Below the pieces are notes generated by a model. It was not told where the DNA came from. It saw nothing but the letters and a program-made list of their open reading frames with translations, and did no database searches. A stretch of DNA of 64,000 bases from assembly GCF_030028105.1 (NCBI RefSeq), contig NC_092374.1:176662057-176726056 (forward strand). Reading direction: 5' to 3'. Shown in pieces: positions 13,166 through 25,227 of this stretch (within the stretch, counting starts at the first letter, position 1; every line of letters starts with the position of its first letter). This stretch comes from Mobula birostris (lineage: Eukaryota). The position numbers were made by a program, and so were the translations under genes.

Positions 13166-13479
13166 ATGGTGAAAACTGCAATTTCTGAGATAAGAAGTAC
13201 TTTCTGGATCCAGTACATGTACGCATCTGACACCAGCAAAATTTAATTTTTAGATGCCTGTGAAAATGATCCAAGTACTCTAACCATCTGGAAGATTGTT
13301 GCTGTACCATGAAGGCAGCGGGCTTCACGCTGAATTGAAATAGACTCATGGGTGTAAAAAAGACAGTGAGCGTGTTGATTGATGATCCAGGGGAAACTGC
13401 CCGTAGCCTTTGCAAAGGCCCAGTTTGCCCGTCCAATAATTTCTATTGAGTCATAAATGCGGGGCATAGTATAATCACT

Positions 13480-14100
13480 AAGATTTTGTTTGAAACAATG
13501 ATTGAAATTGATAGGATAGCAATGTTTAGGACGCTTTTAGAGAATTGTGTGATCTGGCAAAGAATAAAGGGATATGGACCATACGTAAGAAGATTGGACT
13601 GATAAGGACTGGGATCATAGTTGCACATAGGCGGTGAACGTCCTATTCTTCTGCTGCGCGGGTCTGATATGCGCCAGACAGGCCCATTCTATTTTACCTT
13701 CATAAATATATCGTATTCAAGTGTTGTGGTAATCATATGCAAACAGTGGCTACCCAAAATAAACTGTATATGACCTTGTCGGATGGAGAAAATATTGTAC
13801 AAACATTGTTACAAGAAAACATATTAACTATTACCTAAATGGGAAGAAGTTTCAATAATCAGAGGTGCAGGTGGACTTAGGAGTCCTCGTGCAAGACTCA
13901 AAGAAATTAGTTTCCAGGTTGAGTCTGCGGTAAAGAATACAAATGCAATGTTGCTATTTACTTCAGGAAAATAGACTATAAAGGCAAGAAGATGATGCTA
14001 GCCTTTATAATACGCGAGTCAGGCCACACGTAGAGCATTGTCAACAGTTTGGGGCCACGTATGTCAGAAAGGATGCAGTGCCATTGGAGAGAGACCAATT
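13480..14100 (+). mobile_element. Decayed CR1 fragments
   Basis: CR1 3' end-like sequence at 13.5-13.7 kb and RT-like gaggtgcag...ggagtcctcgtgc at 13.86-14.1 kb. Confidence 0.6.
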
Positions 14101-14275
14101 CTCCTCCTGGGCAAAAAAATATATCTCATTACCTAGGATACTGATTTTCCTACTTAAAACGTTATCTGTGATCTTCTTTCTATTTGTCTATTAATGAAGT
14201 AAGTGAATAGGTAAGCACATGTGGATGGATGTATAGATGTAGATATAGCTATAGCTAGACAGGCTACACAAGTAA

Positions 14276-14288
14276 GTAAATAAGTCAA

Positions 14289-14319
<31 letters not shown>

Positions 14320-14322
14320 ATG
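14276..14322. repeat. (AAAT)n microsatellite
   Basis: Directly visible tandem aaat units. Confidence 0.9.
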
Positions 14323-14334
14323 AATGAATACTCA

Positions 14335-14560
14335 TTTGAACACCTACTCAGCCAATCGTGCGGCAGCTGGTCAGTACTTAAAAACATGCAGGCATGATCA
14401 GAACAGACATCAGGTTGGGGGACATATATATTCTAAGTTCTTTAACCGTGGAATAATGGTTGGTGCCAGACAAAGTGATTTGAGTATCTCAACATCTGTT
14501 GACTTCCTGGGACTTTTTACGCACAGTGTCTAGAGAGTTTACGGAGAACGGTGCGAAAAT
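14335..14560 (+). mobile_element. Tc1/mariner-like DNA transposon fragment (5' region and N-terminal HTH)
   Basis: tcagccaatc...ggttggtgccagac...ttgagtatctca...ctgggact...agagtttac..agaacggtgcgaaaa matches, from memory, the common fish Tc1 family. Confidence 0.65.
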
Positions 14561-14564
14561 CAAA

Positions 14565-14692
14565 CAAGAATGTGTAGTGCAAAGAACAGGAATTCTGCAG
14601 ATGCTGGAAATTCAAGCAACACACATCAAAGTTGCTGCCTGGCCTGCTGCGTTCACCAGCAACTTTGATGTGTGTTGCAAGAATGTGTAGTG
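14565..14692. mobile_element. 98-bp Penelope-terminal-repeat-derived hairpin insert with 15-bp TSD
   Basis: TSD caagaatgtgtagtg at 14565-14579 and 14678-14692. Perfect 22-bp inverted repeat at 14616-14637 and 14657-14678. Confidence 0.8.
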
Positions 14693-14879
14693 AGTGTGTG
14701 CGTATTTACGTGTATCTGTGTGTCGTATATATTAATTTACTATTCATAAAACAATAATAATTTAAGAATAAATTTAATTTGATGAGCAGGCATTTTTGAT
14801 TTTGTACAGGACGAGTCGACTATCAGCAGTCAACAATGATACTACGTAAGATGTTAGACAGAAGAAATATATATATTAT

Positions 14880-15680
14880 TGCCTAGTCTTTCTTTACGAG
14901 GTATTTTTTGTTGTTTCACGAAACAGCCTTACACTTCTATACAATTTTATCCAATGATTTGGAATGAAACATCACTATTTGCGACTACAAATTTAAGAGT
15001 TTCGGAAAACTTAATTCAAAAATGCTGCTGACTTACTAATATACCGGCAGCTTCAGTTTTTGTTCTGATATTGTGCATAATCCCTCATAACAACTGCAAC
15101 TAGCGTATATTGCGAAACACCCCTCGATAAAATGCTGGTGCCCCTCCACAGTAGTATCATTATAATGTATACTATACAGGACTCCATGTGCTGATCTATA
15201 TTTATTGTTGCTCGGAGTGGTGCATGAGAACATATTCCCAGATGCGATCACGATATTTCTTTAGCAATCGTCCGTATAATGGTCATGATTAGGTTCAACC
15301 GAGTTTCCTCATCAGAAGCTCCTCACAACAATTAATCCTGAATCCACTGACGCTTCATCATACGTTAGGATGGTTCAAGCAAACTACCTCTCAACCGATT
15401 ACACTCTTCCATTTTGAACAGAATTAGGGCCTGTATTGAGCTTTATGTCCAAACTCGTGTAAAATTTGAAATTTGAACTCCTATTGTCGATCGTTTAGGA
15501 ATGATAAGTTTAAAGCGGAAAAGGAAGGTCCAGAAGATACAAGATATAATCCAAGAAAAGTAATATACCTGTAATCTTAGTATAGCTATTAAAAATAAAT
15601 ATATTACATACCAGTCAATTCGAAATATAATAGAATAGTGTTTAAACGTTCACCTGCCTTTACCGGCATATATTGTGGAT
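14880..15680 (-). pseudogene. Probable, highly decayed GPR139-like pseudogene psi2 (exon 2 body)
   Basis: Collinear residual motifs in shifting frames: QYM..AGERL (TM2), NSYTKI..L.Y...DL (TM3), LNLSFLNDR...FQIL (TFDR region), LRA...NIDQHME...MILLW (ICL3/TM6), TEAAG...TLKFVVANS (TM7). A possible acceptor and A-N start sits at ~18790 on the far side of the CR1. Confidence 0.45.
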
Positions 15681-15689
15681 TGTGGGTGT

Positions 15690-18600
15690 ACTAACTTTCT
15701 AAACAGGGCGAAGGCGAGAAGCCTGATGGCTTTGAATATATTGGCAACAGTGTCGTAAGGAGGAAGGGTCAGGAGGTTCTGAAGAGAGATTTTAGAGAGC
15801 TAGCCAAAATGCTGGAAATAGGTCCCCCAGGGTGGTAATCTCCAGAACGATGCCTGTGCCACGCGCTAGTGAGGGCAATAATACGATACGTTGGCAGATG
15901 AATGCGTGATTGTGGCAGGAGTAGGCTATGGGACATTTTCTGGGGAAGGTACAACCTGTGCAAAAGGGATATTTTGCATCTGAACCCTAGCGTGTTCAGT
16001 ATACGGGCAGGTTTGCTACAGCTGCTCCGGATGGCTGAAAGTAATTTAGCAGAGGAATAGGAACTGAAGTGAAGTGATGGGCATGAGGCTGTTGGTTTAG
16101 GAATAGAGGAAGAGTGTAGCATTACTGCTGGTAAAGACAGCTTGATGATATGGCAAATTTGCTGTCAACGGGATAAGTTGCAACGTAAAAGACGGACAAA
16201 ATCGAAAAGGGCGAATACAGAACTGAATGTGTTATGTTTATAGGCACAGAGTATACCGAATAATGTACATGAATCCTCAGCACGGTTTCAGATTGATATG
16301 TGTGACGTGTTGGCATCACTGAATTGTGGCTGAAACAAAATCACAGCTGGAAACCTAACCTTCAAGGATATACATTGTACTGAAATATATATGAATGTGG
16401 TCTGCTATTTACAACGGTATATAGAAAATCAATACCCAACAAGACAATGCTACAATATTCATTGGAAAATATCAGGTTGATGCTTGATCCCAAGATGGTG
16501 AATTTCTAGATTGTCTACTAGATGGGTTTTTGAAGCAATTCGTGGTTGGGCCCACTAGGAGATTAGTTACTCAGGATTGGGTGTTGTGAAATGAACCGAA
16601 TTGATTAGGGCGATTCGGGTAAAGGCACCATTAGGGGGCAGTGAAGATAAAATGATAAAATTCACCGGGCAATTTCAGAAGGAAAAGATAAAGTCGGATG
16701 CAATGTTAGTACAATGGAGTAAAGAGAGTTACAGAGGCATAAGAGAGAAGCTGGCTAAAATTGATTGGATATGGACACTAGAAGGAATGCCGGCCGAACA
16801 GCAATGGCTGGAATTTCTGGGGGCAATTCAGAAGGCGTAGTGTATTTAGATGCAAAAGAAGAAACACTCCAAAGGTAGGATGACGTAATCGTGGATGACA
16901 AGAGATTTCAAATCTAACATAAAGGCCAAATATTAGAGGAAAGAATAGGGTGTGGGTGTTAGAAAATTGAAAAGATTTTCAAAACCACCAGATGGCAACT
17001 AAAAACTCATAAAGAAGGAAAAGATCGAATACGAAGGTAAGGTAGCCAATAATATTAAATAGGATACCAAAAGTTTCCTACGATATTTAAAGTGTAAAAG
17101 AGAGGCAAGAGTAAATATTGAACCGCTAGAAACTGATGTTGGACAGATATTAATGGGGATCAAGGAGATGGCAGACGAACTGAATAAGTATTTTCATTCG
17201 GTCATAACTGTGGAAGACAACGGGAGAATTCAGAAGTTCGAGAGAGACGGGGTAAGAAGTGTGTGAAGTTTCAAGTACCAGGGAGAAGGGTCTTGGCAAA
17301 CTGAAACAGCGGAAGGGAGATACAGCACCTGGACCAGTTGCACACATCTCCGGGTTCTGGAAGAGATGGCTGAAGAGCTTGTTGATGTATTAGCAATAAT
17401 CTTTCAGGAACCAAGTGATTCTGGAATGGTTCCAGAGGACTGAAAAATTGCAGCTGACACTCCACTGTTCAAGAAGGAAGAGAGGCAGATGAAATTATCC
17501 TGGTTAGCTTTGTCTCAGTGGTTTGGGAGATATTGGATTCTACTATTGAGGATGTGATTTCGTAGTCTTGGGGGAACATGAATAAATTGGCCGTAGACAG
17601 CGTAGTTTCCTCGAAAGAAAATCTTGCCTGCTAATTCTGTTGAACTTCTTTCAAGAAATACCAAGGATAGAGGAAACAGGATCGGTGGATAATGGTTTCT
17701 TGGATATTCAGAAGCCTCCGACATGCTGTCACACATGAGGATGATTAACAAGTTGAGGATTCCAGATATTACAGTAAAAATACCGGCATTGGCTGATTGG
17801 CAGAACGCAAATGCTAGGAATGAAGGGAGCCCTTTTGTGGTTGGTTGTTTCTAATACTGCTCCACAGAGGTCGATGCTCCCGTCGTTTTTTGTTAATGTT
17901 ACATGTCTATAAATTCCATGATGGAATTGATGGCTTTGTCGCCAAGTTTGCGACAGTATGAACATAGGTGGAGTGGCGGGTAATTTTGATGAACCTGACA
18001 GACTACAGAAGAACTTAGTCCGACTAGGAGAATAGGAAATACAGTGGCGGGAATCGTATGATCATACAGTTTGGTAGAACACGTAAAAGCACAGGCTAAT
18101 TACTAAATGAGATCAATTTCAAAAATCTAAAATGTAAGGGCTATTGATGATCCTCGTGCAAGATTCCCTAAAGGTTAATTTCAAAGTTGAGCCGATGGTG
18201 AGTAAGGCAAGTGGGATGTCAGCACTCACTTCGAGAGGACTAGAATATAACAGCAATGACGTAAATTTGAGACTTTATAAGGCACTAGTGAGGCATCGCC
18301 TGAAGTATTGCAAGCAGTTCTGGGCATAATATCTAAGATAGGATGTATTGACATCGGAGAGGGTTCGAAGGCACTTCAGGAAAATATTGTGGGATTGAAA
18401 TTTTGTCATATGAGGAATGTTTGATGGCTCTGGGACTCAATTCACCGGAAATCAGCAGAATGACGGGTGGCATGATGGAAACATATGGAATGATGAATGG
18501 TTTCGATGGAGTAGATGTGGAGAAGATGTTTTCTATAGTGAGTGAATTTTAAATTGGAGAACACAGCCTCATCAAAACCGATGTCCTTTTAGAAGAAGAG

Positions 18601-18770
18601 AAACTTATTTAGCCTGAGAGTGGTCAATCTATGGATTTCCTTGCTACAGACAGTTGTGCAGGACAAGTCACTGCGTATGCTAAGGCATTGGCTGACAGAT
18701 TCTTGAATAATCCGAGCATGATGGAACATGGGCAGATGCCAGAATATTTGGGCTGAGAGGAAAAGTCGAT
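15690..18770 (+). mobile_element. CR1 LINE, decayed (ORF1 esterase through 3' end)
   Basis: Esterase-like gtggtaatctcc...cctgtgccacgcgctagtgaggg; endonuclease and RT remnants (ORFs 16601, 18144); ggctgagaggaaaa end. Confidence 0.8.
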
Positions 18771-19373
18771 ATATCATTTGTTTGCTTTATAGGGAAGAAG
18801 GATATTGATAAGAGTGTCAGAAGAAATGAGACAAGTGATAAAATTAGAGAAAATAGATAATTGATGCCAAGTGATTTGGTTTTGTATGGCTTCATGAAGC
18901 TAACAATATTCATTTTTAAATATTAAAGTTAATTAAAAACCTCCTGAAACTAGTTATGACTTGTGACTATTTGAAACCGCTGAACACGTTGCTCCATGAT
19001 TGTTAGACGTTTGGAAGAATGATAATGAAGTTATTGTAGGCCGTACTGAGGTTCCTATCTGAACAACGAGTCCCCCCCCCCCGACTTCATAAAGACGCAG
19101 TCGTACCTGAGAACTCATTACTTATCTTTCTGTCCCCCAAAGGAATTCCACGTTATTTGGGTATAATGTTCAAGCAACAGCAATATTTTAAGTAGTTACA
19201 CGAATGGCTCATATCGCCTGAAACTGCAAATGTGTCAAAAACTGCATGTGCAGAAACAATTTTGAAATCACATGTTACTGACCCAATTCTGATTATAGTG
19301 TCAGACGATATGTATGTGTGCTTGAATGGCACTACAATAAGAAATTATTCCCGATTTTTCATCATTATTATTA

Positions 19374-20925
19374 AAAAATAAGAACGTATTTTCTTAGCTC
19401 AATCTGTTAATACCCGAGATATGGGCATAGCTAAGCACGTTCGTGTCTGAATTGCTAGGAACATTTGGACTGTTCTAGTGGTGTTTAGTATTTTGGCTTT
19501 CTGGATATTTATATAGATACTGCTGTGTAGCGCTAGTTATATAATGCTCTTGTGTAGTGCCTTTCAGATTATGCCCGTTGTAGATATTACTGTCGGAAGA
19601 ATTGGTAGCCTATTCATTTTCCAGAGTTTGTCAATTTTCTCTTTCAATTCAGCATATCTCTGCTGTTTTTCTCTCAATGATTTATGTACGTCATGTGTGT
19701 TTAAAATGGCTATATCTATTAAGTTAGTTGTCCTTGCTTGTTTATCCTGTATTATTATCTCCAGACGGTTATTATGGATTATTCCATCTGTAATAACGGA
19801 TCGGTCATAATATAATTTGTGATATTCTGACTCTAAAATTGTACTTATAGAAAACAATGATTTAGTTTATGAGTTTTAATTTTAAAGCATGATTTTGGTG
19901 AATGACGTTTGCAACTTGATTGGCCCTGTCTGAGTAATCACATTGAGTTAAACTGCTACAGGATCCTTCGATGTGTTGGATTGTTTTTGGTTTTCCTTTG
20001 CATTTTCTACATTTATCATCTTCAAAGTGTTGTTTTTTATGTATTGTTGACAGATGTTTTATATGTTAACCACCTAGTCCTGTATTGCCAAAACGAGCCC
20101 TTCTGTTTCATTGAAGAGGTTTCGAACTCTCAGCGAGACATTCGACATTTCCTTGTCGACATCGACGTGGCTCAGATCGTTGGTAAATCTTCCATGGAGG
20201 GTAATACTCTTCTATTGGTCAGCTTTCACTTTTTTTTCCTGGATGGTGCTTTCATTTAACTTTAGTGGTGTATACGTTTTATCAGAATTGCACACGCTTG
20301 TGTGGACTGTGTAATCCTTTTTTCCGTTGAAGAATATATATCCACAAAAGTTTCCTCTGACTGTTGTGCATATTTCTAAAGTTCACTATTTCTCTTCGCC
20401 TTTTTGTCCAAGATTGTGTTAATCTAAACTCAATCGAGTGTACATTATGTTTTTTGAAACGTTTCTTTTTCGCCCTTACTTTTCATTGTTATTTTTCCAG
20501 ATCGGTTTCAGACTAAGATATTATGCCAACAGAATACAGTACGTTTATACAGGTATACCTAAAGTGCTTATTGCCTTTGTTATATGGTTACTTTTCACCT
20601 CTATTTGGCGAGGTTTTCTTAAGCATTGAAGTAAATTCTGTCACAACAGTTTCCTTTATCCCACTATGATCTACTTCTTTTGGCTTACTGATATCCAAGA
20701 CATTTATATGTTTCCTATTAATCCATCGGTTTTATGGTACCGTACTGCTATGTTTTGTATTCCATTTGTTCTATTACACCTTTTATTAGGTTTAATGTTC
20801 TGCATTTATCCAGTCCAAGTCCATTTTTATATCTTTCGAAAATAGTTTTACCATTAGAATGAATTGCATTAGTTTATTAATGAAGGAACATCTAAATACA
20901 AGTCATCCAGGTGTAGATTATGAAA
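19374..20925 (-). mobile_element. R4/Dong-clade non-LTR retrotransposon, 5' truncated (RT C-terminus, CCHC knuckle, RLE endonuclease)
   Basis: LHGRFTNDL...ETEGLVLAIQD; CRKC...TIQHIEGSC knuckle; LYYDRSVITD..IHNNRLEII...LIDIAI...KQQRYAELK RLE domain. The 3' end abuts (TAA)n/(TGA)n. Confidence 0.85.
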
Positions 20926-21059
20926 ATGATGATGAAGATGATGAATATTGTTTTATTCATTTTTTCTCAGTTCAAACTTGTCAATCCTGAGGTACGAGTA
21001 TAGACAAGCACACTCATTTCTCAATAGCTAGAAACTTTTGGACTATTCTAATGGTATGT

Positions 21060-21720
21060 TATATTTAGATTAGATTATGAGGACCCTCGGTCCTCGTTTA
21101 TAGTCATTTATAAATGCATGCATTTAAAAAAATTGATACAAAGTTCCTCCATAATGATATCACAAGAAAAACACCGGAGAAACCAAGACTACAACTTACA
21201 AAACCACATAATTATAACATACAGTTAAAACAGTGCAAAGCAAGACCATAATTTGATAAAGAGTAGACCATGGGCACAGTAAAGAAAAAGTCTTAAAGTT
21301 TCGATAGCCTCATCATCTCACGCAGGCGGCAGAAGGGAGAAACTCTCCCTGCCATGAACCTCCAAGCACCGCAAACTTGCCGATGCAGCACCATTGGACT
21401 CTGAGTCCGTCCGAAGACTTCGAGCCTCTGACACAGTCTATCCCAGCACCATCCTCTGCTGAGCGCTTCGACCCTGCACCGGCCGCCGAGCAACAAGCAA
21501 ACCGAGAAGTCGGGGCCCTCCCCTCCGGAGATTCTGGACCATACAGTAGCAGCAGCAGCGAAGCAGGCATTAAAGAAATTTCACCAGATGTTCCTCCGTG
21601 CTCTCACGACCGTCTCCATCAAATCAGGATTGTGCACGGCACCCTACTTGACAAATAACAGACATCACCACTGGAGTGGCTGCTGTGAGCTGCTTCGCGC
21701 CGCCACCTTCTCCTCCCTCC
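21060..21720 (-). mobile_element. GC-rich non-autonomous retroposon (SINE/LINE derivative) with (CTAAT)n tail
   Basis: Minus strand starts ggagggaggagaaggtggcggcgcg and ends tcctcataatctaatctaaat. Non-coding. Recognised from memory as a common batoid repeat. Confidence 0.5.
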
Positions 21721-21724
21721 GCTA

Positions 21725-22020
21725 TTCTGATGATATGCTTAGACATTGCTATGTAGTTCAAAATGTTTAATGCTATTAAATAGTTTTGGGATGATATCGG
21801 TTGCAGATATTACAATCGGGACATAGTACACGCCTTGTGTGCTCCATAATCTTTCGATATTCTCTTTTGATTCAACACATTTTTGATGTTTTTCAGTTAT
21901 AGTTTTCTGTATATTGTGTGTGTTCGAAATGGTAATATCTATTAAGTAAGTTGTTATTTTTTGTTGATCCTGTAGTATTATATCCGGACGGTTATAATGG
22001 ATTCTTTCACTTGTAATGGC
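21725..22020 (-). mobile_element. Second R4/Dong RLE-domain fragment
   Basis: IHYNRPDIILQDQQKITTYLIDITISNTHNIQKTITEKHQK...ERLW...YVPIVISAT. Confidence 0.85.
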
Positions 22021-22023
22021 AGG

Positions 22024-22112
22024 TTATTATTATTATTATTATTGTTGTTGCTGTTGTTGTTAATATCATCATCACTGTTGTTGTTATTATTATCATCACT
22101 ATCATCATCATT
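22024..22112. repeat. Compound trinucleotide microsatellite (TTA)n/(TTG)n/(TCA)n
   Basis: Directly visible. Explains the poly-Leu/Ser ORF at 21997-22230. Confidence 0.9.
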
Positions 22113-22289
22113 TGCTTTCGTATTTGATATATGTTGTTTTAATCATAACGTCCAGGTGGTAATCAGATCATTGTCACAAAACCTCACTTCTTGTTCGCAA
22201 GATGGTGCCGGGCACAAAGAGAACCGCTAATTGAGATGAAAGCACTTTACTTTAGTTTCTAGAGGCATTACGTCCAGGATTGTAAATTG

Positions 22290-23080
22290 TTGATGGTTCA
22301 ACTTGTCCTCACTTACTACCCCAATAGCCTCCACATCCAGCATATAATGTGGCAAGTCCCCAAATAATCCTTCCAGGTGAGCCGACAATTCACCAGCGAG
22401 TCTGTTGGAGTCATCTACTCTACCCGGTGCTCCTGGTGTGGCCTCCTGTGAATCAGTGAAACATGACGTAGATTGAAAAACTGCTTCACAAGGTACCTTT
22501 GTTCCATCCGCCACAAAAAGCGGGATCTCCCGGAGCCTACCCATTTCAGTTCTATTTTCCATTCCCATTCCGATGTGTCAGTCCATTTCCTCCTCCACTC
22601 CCGCGATGGGGCCACTTTCAGGTCGGAGGAGCAACGCCTCATCTTCCGTCTGGGAAGCCTCGAACTTGTTGGCATGAGCAAAAATTTCTCATTCTTCTGG
22701 TATTCGCCCCCTTCCTTCACTATTCCCCATTCCAGTTTCCATTTCTCACGTTATTTACTTACCTACTTGTGGCGCTGCTCCTCCTCCTTTTATTTTATGG
22801 CCTTCTGTCTTCTCCTGTCAGCTGCCCCTTCGTCAACCCTATATCTCTTTCACCCATCCAGTTCCCAGCACTTTATTTCATCCCTACTCCTTTCCCGTTT
22901 TCACTTAGCACCGACCGCCTTCTGCTTCTTCCTCCCCTCCCATGACCTTGTTACATTGATTTCTCCTATTTCTTTCCAGTACTGAAGAAGGGGTTTGGCC
23001 CGAAGCGTCGTCTGTTTACACTTTTCCACACATGTTTACTGGCTGCTGAGATCATCCAGCATTTTGTGTGGGTTGCTCGA
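22290..23080 (+). mobile_element. Penelope-like element 3' part (GIY-YIG endonuclease remnant plus terminal repeat)
   Basis: GVIYSTRCSWCGLL*ISET*RRL GIY-YIG remnant; EEQRLIFRLGSL; terminal ctgaagaagggtttggcccgaagcgtc (mutated hammerhead core). Confidence 0.85.
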
Positions 23081-23895
23081 AATGAAAAGGAATTTCCTCA
23101 GCCAGAGTGTGGTGAATCTGTGGAATTCCTTGCTACTCTTGGCTGTGGAGGCGAAGTTATTGGATATGTTTAAGGCAGATGCTTGTACCTCGGGACATGA
23201 AGGTATAAGGGGAGAAGGCTGATGACTGGTAAGAAAGAAAATAAATCAGCGGACCAGACTTGATCGGCAAAATGGCTTTATTCTCTTATAGTCTTATGGT
23301 CAATATTTAGCCCACCGCTGGCATAAGGTTCACTGTGAACAAGCACCATTTGTTAACTTTCTGAAACAAAGGAACAGCATTTGGTCTCCAATTCTCTGGT
23401 GCTACCTCTGTGGTTTAAATGAAGTAACGGTCGACGTTAACGCCACACTAATATCTTCCATCTCTTCCCCTACTAACCTGGGGTATCCCGTCCAGCACCG
23501 TGGAATTCTCCTTCTGATTTTTTGTTTCCTAAAAGCTCTAAAATTGTCTCTTTCTTAAATTCGATATTCCCCAGGACATTCGGTACTTCCACGCTGACCA
23601 CATCTTCTGCAAGGAACTCGCTAGTGAGCTTTAAACCAAATTATTTATTCAGGACCTCTTCTATCCTCTCCGACTGCAATCACATGTTTCCCTCTTTAAT
23701 CCTGATCCGCCCTTGCTTCATTTGTTTTAACTTCCTTTTCTGCACGTATGTACGTATGGAAAGCCCTGGAAATTTTGTTAATGCTAATCATCATGATCTG
23801 GTCATGTGCCCTGAAGATTTTGACATGATCTCATGATAATTATGCGATCGACTTTGGACAGTCAAGTCGAAGATTAAGATACAAAGTAGATAGTA

Positions 23896-25227
23896 TGTAT
23901 CACAGTGAGGCGTGGAGAACGGAACCAAATGTAAGACACAGACACTGAAGTACTAGGAACAGGACAGGGATGCAGGACCTGGGCTAGGACATGGACAAGA
24001 AAATGGGAAACTGGACAAGGAACTATGAACTAGGTGCCTAGATTGGGCTCCAAGCCAGAGACTGGAAAAGGACCCAGAACCTGGGTCTTGCCTCAGGCTC
24101 GGGCCCCAGAACCAGGCAAGGACATGACTTAACTACAGGACGGGAGGATGGGGTCTTGAGGCCTGAGCTTGGTGACAGGCTGGGGTCCTGAGGCCTGAGC
24201 TTGGTGACAGGCTGGGGTCCTGAGGCCTGAGCTTGGTGACAGGCTGGGGTCCTGAGGCCTGAGCTTGGTGACAGGCTGGGGTCCTGAGGCCTGAGCTTGG
24301 TGACAGGCTGGGGTCCTGAGGCCTGAGCTTGGTGACAGGCTGGGGTCCTGAGGCCTGAGCTTGGAGACAGGCTGGGGGCTTGCGTCTTGAGGCTGCAGGC
24401 TGGGGGCTTGCGTCTTGAGGCTGCAGGCTGGGGGCTTGGGTCTTGAGACTGCAGGCTGGGGGCTTGGGTCTTGAGGCTGCAGGCTGGGGGCTGGGGCCTT
24501 GGAATGCGGAGGCTGATAACTTGGAGCTGGAACTCGGAGACAGAGTGGGAACTGTACATCAAACATAGAGCCGGGACTTATCTTACGAAAAGCTGGTCTC
24601 CTCTTTAACACGACACCAAGGTGGGACAGGCCCATCCGTCGGGTAACGGCAGAACGGCCGGCCTTACCCAACAGAGGCAAAGACAAGACAAGACAAGACA
24701 GATCCAACCCCCGCCGGGTAACGGCGAAACGGTCTGACTTACCCACGGAGGCGAAGACAAGAAGCTACAAACACCAAGGAACGACAGACAGTTCCATCTC
24801 CACATTGGGGTTGCTCCGGGTCGCAGTTACGGCCAGCAACCTCGGCTGGCTACGGAAACAGCTGGATCCCTACCTAGCTCGGAGTGGGTGACGGCCAGTC
24901 AACTGGCCCAGGAAACGGACGAATCCATACCGCAAACACACCTCCGACTACTGATAGCAGGGCTCCATGAGGCGATGGTTACCGACGCAGCCTAAAGATG
25001 GCAAGTCACCGCTCTAGCCTTCCACCGGCAGGTTGCTCCCAGGGAATCTTGACAAGGCAAACCAGCAGCCCACACCCGACCCCAAGGCAACTTATTTTCC
25101 AAGCCATGGGAATCAGGTGCTTATGATTAACCCAACCAAAACAAAGAACAGCTGGAAGACCCGGAGTCCTGAGTCCACGGACCGGACCGTGAACCGGAAT
25201 GCGGACATCACGGACCGGACCATGGCA
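23896..25227 (-). mobile_element. Solo LTR, family B (Gypsy-type), containing a minisatellite
   Basis: TG...CA termini (tgtatcac...ccatggca) with gta immediately on both sides (possible agta TSD). Minus-strand start tgccatggtccggtccgtg. No pol sequence. Confidence 0.6.
24158..24492. repeat. Compound G-rich minisatellite: 7 x 32 bp followed by 4 x 28 bp
   Basis: gaggcctgagcttggtgacaggctggggtcct x6 plus one variant (24158-24380), then tg(c/g)gtcttgag(g/a)ctgcaggctgggggct x4 (24381-24492). Confidence 0.95.

Noticed and set aside
13155-13467. Overlapping minus-strand ORFs with a weak resemblance to the DRF...KLK.K.C region
   Set aside because: No other collinear GPCR motif nearby, so it could not be supported.
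15100-15190. Signal-peptide-like MESCIVYIIMILLWRG on the minus strand
   Set aside because: No good splice donor follows; better explained as decayed ICL3/TM6 of a GPCR pseudogene.
21997-22230. Poly-Leu/Ser 'membrane protein' ORF
   Set aside because: Translation of a trinucleotide microsatellite.
24158-24380. CRISPR-like regular 32-bp repeats
   Set aside because: Head-to-tail with no unique spacers, and the context is eukaryotic.
24038-24746. Long Pro/Ser-rich repetitive ORFs (174 and 205 aa)
   Set aside because: Read-through of a 32-bp (non-triplet) minisatellite inside an LTR; no gene structure.
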